From: Macrostomum lignano
Lineage: Eukaryota
Assembly: GCA_002269645.1 (NCBI GenBank)
Contig: NIVC01002523.1
Span: forward strand, 1 to 64,000
Direction of reading: 5' to 3'
DNA: 64,000 nt
The notes below the pieces were generated by a model. That model searched no databases. It saw only the letters and a list, made by a program, of their open reading frames with translations, and was not told the DNA's origin. Position 1 is the stretch's first letter, and each line of letters opens with the position of its first letter. Shown here in pieces: positions 1 to 11,121 of this stretch. The position numbers and the translations under genes were made by a program.

Positions 1-1094
1 TTAAGGACTACTAAACTAACTCCTTAATAAACTAATACATCAGCTGTGTACCGTGCAATACTCCAGCACCAACACTAGCAGCTAATTATTGAACCAATAG
101 GTCAGTTAACCAAACTGCCGCAGCAGATATATATTACAACTATATTTTATCTTGTTAAACTATAATAATCATTTTGACGCATTGCACTTGTTTCAAGGCA
201 ACTGAAGACTGAATCTTTCGGACTGATGTAGTTACCTCCGGAGTTGAGGGCATCGTGGGTTTTACTTGTACCTATATTAGTGAAAAACATTAGCTTCAGA
301 ATTCTTCATTCGATTAGATTTTACGATACTGATATTGTCAAGGTTTAGCTTTCGTGTGTCTATTACATGTAAGTGCAGTGAGTTTGAGAAGGGAGCTTTT
401 AAAATGAAGATGGTACTGAGTCGGAAGTATAAATGGTTTCATTAACTCCACAGTCAGAGCACGAAAGAAGCCAGACGCGAACACCTACAAGGGATCGCCA
501 GGGACTTCTAGAGCTGGCACCACAGTAATGCTATTTTTAGCAGTCCCTGCAAACAGACAAAGGGGAGGCAAATCAACGCGAGAAGAAGGCCTTAAAGCCA
601 GATCGGGGGGAGGTGGGTGCGCCAGAGAGACGGAGACGGGGCGCGACGGAGGCCGGAGAGAAAGAACATCCGACCGGTCACAAACCACACCGTAAGCGTC
701 ACGCACTCTTACGGATAATATTTGATGAACAGCTAGAGTTGACAAATTGGACAATTGCATGACAATACGGCCGGGGCACTGGCTAGGTGGCTGGAAGCAA
801 ACAATTGAGTAGCACTTAAGCAAATTGATTCGGTGCATCAGTGACGAAGAGAGCCGAGTCAATAGAATCTAATTAGGCAACTCTGAACAATATCCAATAG
901 TTGAAGCAACTCAGAAAACTAACTGTTCTTCTCGGAATCAAACCCATGTGTCTGACGGACGACAGCACGAAAGTTTATAAGCTGCACGGACTCTCATTAA
1001 TTAAAGTTTGAGTCGCCGAATTGAAGTGGCGCGCAGCTGAACTCACTCTAGTCTGCTTCAAGTTGAGTACCTTGGACGCTGCCAAGTACATATA

Positions 1095-1155
1095 CGGATT
1101 ACGCACTCGCTCACACTGGGTGTACAGCGGCCCTGACTTTCTCATCCGTTAGGCA
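1095..1155 (-). mobile_element. Short fragment of the same SINE-like family
   Basis: GTGTACAGCGGCCCTGACTTT...CGTTAGGCA matches the core of the 6856 and 30126 copies. Confidence 0.5.
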
Positions 1156-1628
1156 GTGAACTGCAAGGGCACCGGAAAGTTCACTTTCTCGAAAAATGTT
1201 GCCATGGTCACTTCGCTTGCTCACAGCTTAAACAAATTCAACTCTGAAGCTTCCCAGCGATAGCTTCTACTAATTCAATATTTGAGCACCATGCTAACCC
1301 GGCCCTTTGTGTGCTCTGCTCAGTGCTTGGTTTAACTGTCGTGACTGTTAATTAAAGCCTTGCAGTCGCTGAGCAAAGTGAGTCGGGGAAACGGCAGGCC
1401 AATATGCCACCAACTGCTTTATCAGCGTCGCATTCACTCAGCTCAGCAATCGCAATCAGCTTATTGGTTATAGCAAAAGGCTGCATTTGCTCTAGTATGT
1501 ATATATAAGAGGCTTGTCTACATCAGTTCATGCTCTGCTTACTTAGTTTGGTGAACTGCTAGCAGTCTGGCGCTGTGATACTTGGCAAATACTGCTGTGT
1601 GAGCCTGCGCTCCTACCCGAATAGATCG

Positions 1629-4487
1629 ATGCGGACTCAACAATACTCAGACCTCTGCTGCAGACTCTGCGTAGCAGTGCTCGTCTTGCTGTCATCAGGA
1701 GTGCATTCTCAAACAGAAGAAGCGGCATCTGGAGAGGAGCAGGTGATCCGATGGCTGAACCTGACCGCCAGGTACTGCAAGGAGGCGGCTCCGCCGCAGG
1801 ACAATGGCACCGCTACCTTGGTTACTGTGGACTGCCTTGTCAACGAGCTGCTTGAAGTGGTGAGTTGGCACCAGTAAATACCATAGATGTCCAAAAATAG
1901 TGATGTAGCGCTAGCGCTAATTCAATTAACCCCTGTCCGATAACGATGCTCCATCTTGTGCTGTTCCAGAATGATGTGAAGCAGTTGTTTTCTCTTGACA
2001 GCTACATAATGCTGGTAAGCTTGATGAGTTATTAGAAATATTGATGTTACATTCATGCTGAAAAAAACCTTTGTAACTCTTCCGCCCCCAAGCAATGGAC
2101 TGACAGGAGACTGGCCTGGGACAGGTCGGGCAATGCTGAGCTGCTGACAACTGACGAAATCTTCCTGCCACTCGACATGATTTGGGTGCCGGATGTCATT
2201 GTGATGAGGCCGTGAGTGCGACATCAGATTTCAGTTTATTAGCTCCATAGCTCAAGTGCAAAAGTTGCTCTTATCTTCTCTTCTCGTCCGGGATCGCGTC
2301 TCAAACTCCTCGAAATCCCACAGCTCCACGTTGGATGAAGGAGCGAACCATTGCAAAATCCGTTCAGACGGCACAACTGGCCAATCACCAGATTCGCTCC
2401 TGATAAAAATTGATTCAAAATTAGTCGATACTACTGAATTGCCAACAATCGAAAGTAGTATTCAGCAAGGACTACTAAAGTAGAAGGACATGGTAGAACT
2501 ACGGAGATAGGAAGTTCTCTTTTTTCAGCATAAAAATTGTTATTGCTTTCGATAGGAGGCAGACGCAATGCTCATCTTTGGATAAGATCTCTATTGATAT
2601 TCGTAAAGCTCTTTGTTCGGAAAATTGGGATTCTATGTTAATTTCATATTCTACGTACATTTCCTGTACCTAAAAAATCATTAAAATGCATGGCACGGCT
2701 CGAATCTTTAGTTTTAGCTCGTATGCATCTATTTTATCATTTCTGTTACACATATTGTTACACAGTAAGCCAAGGACAACTCAAAGATGAGCATTGGGTC
2801 TGCCTCCTATTGAAAGCAATAACAATTTTTGAGCTGAAAAAATGAAAACTTTCTATCTACATAGTGTATTTCTCGGCGAACAGTGGCCTTCAAAACATTT
2901 TGTATAGATTTAGCTCGTACAGTGTCGCGTCCTGTACGTTGCTTTAGTTGTCCGTGGTATTCAGTATTAGAAATATTTGGTGTTTTTGCGGCTTATAATT
3001 CAAACCTCTGACTGGTACTTTACTTATAATGATAAGTAAAAAGATATGAAGCGATGTATCTTTCATGATCTTTGGCTGGCTACTAACTCAAATATGATTC
3101 ACTAAAGCTTATAAAAAAGTATACGATGATTATTGCACTTTTGACACCAACTCACTTAAAAGCTACTCAACCTCTCTCATAGCATCGACATTCGCAGCTT
3201 CGAGAAGAACAGGCTGCTAGCGAAGGTGCTCGCGAATGGCCAGGTCACGGCACTGCTGTCCTACGGCACAACCAACAAGTGCAAGATGAAGCTGAACGAT
3301 TTCCCGTTCGACTCCCAGCACTGCTCAATCTACCTGTCCTCGTAGCGAAGGGTAGTAAATACATCAGGCTGAAGGCTTTACCAAGACCCAATGACCAGCA
3401 GATTGTCGTGACTGCTAGCCAAAATAATGAATTCTGCGTCACCAATGTCAATACATCCTGGAATAGTAAGATGGGACAACACGACATAGTGAATATCACT
3501 GTCAGCTTCAAGGTGAGATAGAAACTAGATACTCGTATATAAAGGTCCCCGAGGCTCGGCATTAAGTGCCCGCTCAGTCTCCCGCTCCCCATCCCTTTGC
3601 AGAGGCGGCCCCTCTACTACGTCATCGTGCTCATCATCCCCAGCGCCCTCATCCTCGCCACCTGCATCTTCGGCTTTCTCCTGCCAGCGGACTCGGGCGA
3701 CCGACTGGCACTGAATGTGGCCATCCTGCTGTCAATGAGTGTGTTCCTGCAGCTGGCGGGCAGCATCACCCCTGCTCAGAGCGAGTCTGTTCCAGTGCTC
3801 AGTGAGTCAGAGTGTATGGCTATTGATGTGTGCTGTGCTGTGCTGTGCTGTGCTGTGCTGTGCTGTGCTGTGCTGTGTTGTGCTGTGCTGTGCTGTGCTG
3901 TGCTGTGCTGTGCTGTACTGTGCTGTATTGTGCTGTGCTGTGCTGTGCTGTGCTGTGCTGTATTGTGCTGTGCTGTGCTGTGCTGTGCTGTGCTATGCAG
4001 CTACACTGAGCCAAGTCTGTCTCTGCCCATCCCCAGCCTGGTACTTCACGGTGGCCATGGCTGTGACCGCTCTGAGCACAATCGGCAGCATAGTTGTGCA
4101 CCTGTGCTACAGGAGAGCTGCATCGCGGGAGGCTGTGAGCAGCCCAGTGCTGAGGCTGCTGTTCCTCAACCGCCTGTGCGGCTGGAAGAACACTGTGGTG
4201 AGCATAAAGTTCTGAGTCTTTAATAACTCACTCGGATGCAGTTAGCAACTGTCGCACAATTTTTGCAGCAAAGCGTTGAGAACTGCAAGGAGAGCAACCA
4301 AGCCCAATCGCTCGAGTCGGTTTCCATGACAACAATCAAAACCAGTCCGGGATCCGAGTGGCAGCAGATTGGCTCAGCGATTGACCGCCTGCTGATAATC
4401 TGCTCCGTCAGCTGCTCTGTGGCCGTCTTGCTGCTGATTTTTGTCACCGCGGTCAAGAACGCTTCTAGCTGGTGTCCAACGTATTAG
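1629..4487 (+). CDS. Cys-loop ligand-gated ion channel subunit, divergent nicotinic-acetylcholine-receptor-like (non-alpha), ~443 aa, 7 exons; one 1-nt frameshift near 3340
   Basis: Exons 1629-1859, 1970-2014, 2093-2211, 3183-3512, 3603-3801, 4037-4197 and 4242-4487, all GT-AG and phase-compatible. Signal peptide; WTDRRLAW; IWVPDVIV (loop A); Cys-loop CKMKLNDFPFDSQHC; RRPLYYV-M1; PADSGDRL-M2; M3; EWQQIGSAIDRL-M4. The frame shifts at 3340-3342 (TCG TAG versus GTA GCG AAG); one base is missing. Confidence 0.92.
2466..2934. mobile_element. Degraded non-autonomous foldback/MITE, same family as 46999-47695, in channel intron 3
   Basis: Starts CAAGGACTACT like the 46999 copy. Arm ~2506-2582 is the reverse complement of arm ~2783-2858, and internal sequence matches the 47-kb copy. 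Confidence 0.75.
3829..3994. repeat. (TGCTG)n pentanucleotide microsatellite in channel intron 5
   Basis: Seen directly; it produces the spurious CCAVL reading in the ORF track. Confidence 0.97.
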
Positions 4488-4763
4488 CCGGCGAGTCAGG
4501 GACCAGCTAGTGATGGATTTGACTGCGCTTGACATGCAGCTAGCAGAGAAAAAATAATTAATATGACTTAATTTTAGGGCACGATCAGTTGATCATTGGA
4601 ATTGTCACAGCTCTTATTTTGTGCGCCATCTCTTTATCTTAAATCTATTTAGCAGACGCTCTCTATCTCTATAACTATTTAAGCTGGCAAATAACTTGAT
4701 AAGTTTTCAGTTGCGCTTTTTTATTCCAAAAATACTTAAGAGTAATTTTAACAAAGTGACTAG

Positions 4764-4968
4764 AAGTGAAGGAATGATGTGACAGACTGAGAAGTGACGG
4801 AATGATGTGACAGACTGAGAAGTGACGGAATAATGTGACAGACTGAGAAGTGACGGAATGATGTGACAGCCTGAGAAGTGACGGAATGATGTGACAGACT
4901 GAGAAGTGACGGAATGATGTGACAGCATGAGAAGTGACGGAATGATGTGACAGACTGAGAAGTGACGG
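4764..4968. repeat. 28-bp minisatellite (GAAGTGACGGAATGATGTGACAGACTGA)
   Basis: About 7 tandem units visible. Confidence 0.95.
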
Positions 4969-5284
4969 GAGGCTGTTACAGGAGAAACAGGCGTTACAAG
5001 AGCAGCTATAAGCAGCTCAAACAAAAGTCACGAGTAGATGCAGGACTCCGTTTAGGCAGTTGCTGGGAATGCTACTACCATTAGTAAAGTCTCACGGACA
5101 TTTGCAGTAATATCAATCCCATAGAGTATAATTGAATGCTGAGCAGTGAGCACTGTTGGCAGTATAATAGCGAACCGCTGCTAAAGGAGTCTTGCTAAAA
5201 ATAATAGTCGCGTAATTGGGGGTTGGCCTACAATGTAGCTGTCTTCAACCAGATCGCCGTTACGTACTTCGCGAACAGAAAATC

Positions 5285-5482
<198 letters not shown>

Positions 5483-6196
5483 CGATTTTTTTACCTAAAA
5501 CGCATTAGCAAATTTTGAGGAAATTTTAATGCTTTTATCATTAAAAATTTTCACTGTGCTTGGTTCATGGATGTAATCATTTTAATCCTATTCATTGAGA
5601 GAAGTCCTTACAACGCCCAAGCACACAGACAGACAGAGACCTCTAATACGCAGACAGAGCACTTCGTTCATTGCCTCACCTCAGAAACTCAATTACTTCT
5701 TAGTCTCTGGAGTTCCACCTAAAATTAATGCGACAACGCCTACAAACGAGTTCAGGAACTCCAGGTCCTCTGCTGGCTTTGACTCGTTGCAGTGCGTCCG
5801 TGATGCAGCCCATGATGTAGCAATTTAATGGATTGGATCGTAATAATAAAAACGCTAACTCCCATGCAGCCTCAGCATCTGATTGGCTCAGACTCCACTC
5901 AACCAGGGAGTTCCGCTACCTTTATAAATAGTTGGCTATAAGCAGGGAAACGAACCGCTTCGACGGGCGTCGTTGCTTCAGGTCAGCTATTAATAGACTT
6001 CACCCAAGCAGGCTCAAGAGGTTCTTGTCACCTGGACTCAAGGTAAGCGGAAATTATGCTCAGCAATAAGCGAACCCCCCCCCCCCAACTGACTAAGCTA
6101 CGGTCTCCAAAGTTCACATAGACACCCAACAATTATCTTCAGACTTTCCCAAGTAGTTAATAGACCGGACTCTGCACCGGAGCGATGAGACTAGAG

Positions 6197-6553
6197 ATGC
6201 GAGGCAAAGCCAGTCTCCTGCTGCTGCTGACCCTGGCGCTGCTCTCGGCCGAGGCGGCTGGGCGACCCTCACGGATGTCGGCGGGCGGCGGCGCCGAGGA
6301 TCCCCTGGAGGAGGCTGGGGAGACCTGGCCAGTCCGGGCTGGCAAAGGCAGACAGCGGCAGCTGGTGTCGGAGGCGGTCAAGGCGGCGCTGGGCCACCGG
6401 TTTCAAAGGTGATCATTGTCTGATTATAATAAATCTTCTTTATCTTCTCACGTCAGGGCGCAAGCTGTTGAAATCGGCCTTGGTGTAGGGTGCCAATTTC
6501 AACACCCGCGTATTGCTGCAAAGGGCATTTTGAGGATCTTCAACAACCTTTGA
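6197..6553 (+). CDS. Putative small secreted protein / peptide precursor, 2 coding exons (6197-6408, 6457-6553; alternative ATG at 6185)
   Basis: GC-rich ORF with a strong signal peptide MRGKASLLLLLTLALLSAEA. A 48-nt GT-AG intron (6409-6456) joins it in frame to RAQAVEIGLGVGCQFQHPRIAAKGILRIFNNL*. A TATA-like TATAAATA lies near 5922. Confidence 0.55.
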
Positions 6554-6855
6554 GAGTGTGCAGTAAATTCTAGCTCAGTATTGACTTTGAGTGACGCAAC
6601 TTGCGCCACGCGACGCAGAGTTGAGCTGGGTGAGGAGAGATTGGGAAGAGCGGAGGGCGAAGATTGGATGGATTGAAACTTCCGCCCGGTTTTCATAGTT
6701 TTTCAAGCATTTTTAATATCAAAATAGTTGGCCAGGTGATGGAGACACTGCTCACTGGGGCAAAGGGTGACGGCTTTTCAATGTTGCTGAGTATAAGTGA
6801 TAATAGTAATGATAAAGCTACTGTCGGCCTCCGTATGTTTTTTAGATAAGAGGCA

Positions 6856-7150
6856 GGGGGCTGTGTGCACCCTGGCGCATTTTAGGCGACATTGTCACAC
6901 AACCGGCGAAAGGCATTACTGCCCATTACGCCGACTCCCCTGAGCAGGCACACAAGCGCGCGGATACGTACGCAGTCACACGCACAGGCACACACTCACA
7001 GTAGTGTACAGCGGCCCTAACTTTATTTATCGTTAGGCATGTACACTTCACTGTGCCTCGGGGGTTGGCCCTCAAAGCCTTCAATTGCACGAGCGGAGCC
7101 AAGCCGAGATTCCAATTGGCCTGGGCGCCGCGCTAGGCGCGTAGGCTACG
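6856..7150 (-). mobile_element. SINE-like dispersed repeat copy (same family as 30126-30468)
   Basis: About 260 bp aligns by eye with 30126-30380 in the same orientation; a remnant of the head lies at 7110-7150. Confidence 0.7.
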
Positions 7151-8440
7151 CCCTCCCCTCTCATGTCTCTACACCAGAATTCCTGCAATCGATCCGAATT
7201 GACCCGAATTTCAGAATGCGGAAGTGGTGGCCAGTGAAGTACTGGGAGATTCCGGCTGAGCAAATTGAAGTCTAGAGTCGCGCCCGGCTCGCAACTCTTG
7301 AGGAGTGATCGCGGGACTCTGTCTAATTATCATTTATTAAAGATTATTCCTCGAAATAAAACCGCCGCTCGCCTCCGCCAAAGCGGATTTAATTATCCAT
7401 CTTTTTAATGCAGCAAAAAATGAAACTGTCAAGCCAGCAGTTTCCAGGTGTCAAGCGAAAAGTCAATTAGGGCACGCCAGGTTTAATTAAGCAGTTTATT
7501 TCCAAGGGCTGGCATCGAGAGCCAAGCTTTGGAAATGTGAATAATTTACATGTAGCTAGCGCCCCCCCTCCCCTCCGAAAATCAGTGCTCCCTCACGCAA
7601 AAGATGAGAAGACGCGGCGGCACGCATGCTCCCTGTGCGTGCCACGTTGCATCATTTTAATTGACAATCGCAGCAGAGCCATTTGACGAAAATCGTTGTA
7701 GACCTTCCGGGCTCGAACTTTGAAGAGTCCATCCAGCAAGCTGAGCTATACGATATACAGCCCCTAAGGGAGGCATTGCCAAAATTTAGAAAATAAACGT
7801 GTGTCCATACGCTCGCCATAGCCTAAAGATTTTCGAATGCACAGCAGCAGCAGCATTCTCTCGTACTGGGCATCGCCAGAGGCAGCCAGAATCACTGCTA
7901 ATTAATTAATTAGAAGGGGCCTTATGGGATGCATTATTTATTACTCTCCCTTGAATAAATTATTGCCGCGCATCCAGGCAGGCGCGTAATAAGCGTATTC
8001 TGCCAAAAAATGCGCGCCAAACTCCAAACCCCGTTGCCAGCTGTACCCGAAGGCCTGGCAGAGTGGCCCAGCGATTGTTAACCCAAATTTTTTAATTACT
8101 GACCAGCCAAATAACAGGACGGAAGGACTTGCCATGGGATTAGCCTCTGTATGTCCGATCTAATCGCAGGGAAACCCCAACTGCATTGTAAATAAGCTAC
8201 AATAATCTTCCACTTACTCAAGACAAGCTGACTGCAGCACTAGAGGTGTGGCGGGACGTATAGAGCAGGTGAGGGTGACAAGCCAGAGGCAAGGACGACC
8301 CACGTGGCAGAACTGGAAACATTCTTCTTAGAAAATCTTTAAAGAAACGATAGTGTATTGTTTCAAGTAAATTCAGCCTTCGAATGTTTTCCAAGAAAGG
8401 ATGCTTTACGTAATACTTAGAGCGTTCTTGGCGAAAAGCT

Positions 8441-8802
8441 GAGTGGTTGAAGGAGTGACAGGCTGAGTGGGTAAGGGAGTGACAGGCTGAGCGGGTGAGG
8501 GAGTGACAGGCTGAGTGGGTGAGGGAGTGACAGGCTGAGTGGGTGAGGGAGTGACAGACTGAGTGGATGAAGGAGTGACAGGCTGAGTGGGTAAAGGAGT
8601 GACAGGCTGAGTGGGTGAGGGAGTGACAGGCTGAGCGGGTGAGGGAGTGACAGGCTGAGCGGGTGAGGGAGTGACAGGCTGAGTGGGTGAGGGAGTGACA
8701 GGCTGAGTGGGTGAGGGAGTGACAGACTGAGTGGATGAAGGAGTGACAGGCTGAGTGGGTAAAGGAGTGACAGGCTGAGTGGGTGAGGGAGTGACAGGCT
8801 GA
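8441..8802. repeat. 24-bp minisatellite (GAGTGGGTGAGGGAGTGACAGGCT)
   Basis: About 15 tandem units. Confidence 0.96.
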
Positions 8803-9319
8803 GGAAAATTGAAAAGCAAAAAGAAATTCAAGCAAGCAAGTCAATGCTGAGTCAAGTCAAGTTCAATTATGTAAAAATACGAGCCCAAGTCGCAACAAAT
8901 CAGTGTAGTGTTCAACCTTGTGTAGTGAATAATAATAGCATGATTTTAAATATATATATTTATACGCAAGTGTTTTCAAACATCAAAATTATTTATATAA
9001 GAATAAAACATTACGAGAGGGATAATCACTGCATGAATAAAGCGGCTCTAAGGCTGGGAGTGGAGCATTCGATAATAAAAACTAACAGCACACTTGGCCA
9101 CCAGTTGATCTCGCATAGAAACCAAGGCTTTGAGTCAGTTTTTTGAGCACGAATACATAGCGTTTAAACTCGATTTTAATAACTAGCTAAGTTTCAAAAG
9201 CTGAATGAATAAAACTTTTCTGGAGGAGGTGCTGACAACAAACTGGCTAAAGTGCAGAGCTTAATATCAACCGCAGCATCGGCTGCGCAACTCTCAGCGA
9301 TCGGAAAGATGACACTCGC

Positions 9320-10092
9320 AACACATTAGGATAATCAATCTGCAGATCTCAACACATTAGGATTATCAATCTGCAGATCTCAACACATTAGGACAATCAA
9401 TCTGCAGATCTCAACACCTTAGGATAACCAATCTGCAGATCGCAACACATTAGGATAACCAATCTGCAGATCTCAACACATTAGGATAATCAATCTGCAG
9501 ATCTCAACACATTAGGATAATCAATCTGCAGATCTCAACACATTAGGATAACCAATCTGCAGATCTCAACACATTAGGATAATCAATCTGCAGATCGCAA
9601 CACATTAGGATAATCAATCTGCAGATGGCAACACATTAGGATAATCAATCTGCAGATCGCAACACATTAGGATAACCAATCTGCAGATCTCAACACATTA
9701 GGATAATCAATCTGCAGATCTCAACACATTAGGATAATCAATCTGCAGATCGCAACACATTAGGATAATCAATCTGCAGATCTCAACACATTAGGATAAC
9801 CAATCTGCAGATCTCAACACATTAGGATAATCAATCTGCAGATCGCAACACATTCGGATAATCAATCTGCAGATCGCAACACATTAGGATAATCAATCTG
9901 CAGATCGCAACACATTAGGATAACCAATCTGCAGATCTCAACACATTAGGATAACCAATCTGCAGATCTCAACACATTAGGATAACCAATCTGCAGATCG
10001 CAACACATTAGGATAACCAATCTGCAGATCTCAACACATTAGGATAATCAATCTGCAGATCTCAACACATTAGGATAACCAATCTGCAGATT
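9320..10092. repeat. 31-bp minisatellite (AACACATTAGGATAATCAATCTGCAGATCTC)
   Basis: About 25 units, each containing the palindrome ATCTGCAGAT. Confidence 0.97.
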
Positions 10093-10692
10093 TCAGTCAA
10101 AAGTAAGCTAGAAAAGTACATTTTAATCTAATAACAAAGAAACAGAGCGAAGTCAGTCATGCCATACAACACAACCGACTCACATTGAGTGGGTGTGTGA
10201 ACATGCAAGGAACAATTTGCTATCAAGAAATCACAGAAGCATCAACAGCAGTTCAATAAGGTTGGGAATTACGAGCATCGTACCATAGAAAGCTAGGGAT
10301 ATTGATAAATTGAATTTTGTCTAATATCACAATAATAAAAAAATCTCGGCATCTGAAAAATGGAAGGAACCGGCAACAGCAACTGATGCAATGCCGAACG
10401 ATCAATATTGATAGAGGCTTATAAAGAAACGGAAAAATATAAATTGAAACCGTGGAATGACCAATTAACAAACGGTTAGTGCGCTGATTGTGAAATAAGA
10501 AATGGCCTATTGGAAAAGTTATGGTGTCTGGAAAGTTTAAGCTAATGCCGACAGCTAAAATAAAAAATATATATAATTAACAGGCGTAAAGAACCAAATA
10601 GAGAAAGATGACCAAGTCTCCCGGATAGTGAAGTTAATCACAGAATGCTGATGAATAATAGCATCCGATGTCTGCATGGGGCCAGTAGCAGC

Positions 10693-11088
10693 TCACAAGT
10701 TTGTGACCTCCTCCTTTTCGCCAGCGAACACCGAGTCCATCGATGGTCCGCTTGATGACACGGAATTCTGCGATCCCATGGTCTGCCCAGACTGCTGCTG
10801 CTGCTGCTGCTGCTGTTGCTTCTGGGGTGGCTGAACCGGCGGCGGAGGCGGCCGCGGTCTGGCCGGCGTTGGAGCTAGCGGCGCTGGCAGAGCGGCCTCT
10901 GATTCCTCTTTGCCGCTTAGCGACAGATCCAGGCGGGGGGCGGCGGTGGTCGTTGATGACGGCGGAGCGGGCGGCCTGTTAGGTGGAATTGGTGGAGGCT
11001 GATGTGGCTGTTGCTGCTGTTGCTGCTGCTGCTGCTGCTGTGGCGGTGGAGGCGGCGGAGGCTGCTGCGGAGGCGGCGGCTGATGTGG

Positions 11089-11121
<33 letters not shown>

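Noticed and set aside
485-862. 125-aa minus-strand ORF
   Set aside because: No domain, signal or splice support.
7941-8135. 64-aa aromatic-rich ORF on the minus strand
   Set aside because: No recognisable motif and no supporting neighbouring exons; left unassigned.
8218-8844. TQPVTPSP mucin-like and HSACHSLT ORFs
   Set aside because: A 24-bp repeat with no convincing start, signal peptide or splice context.
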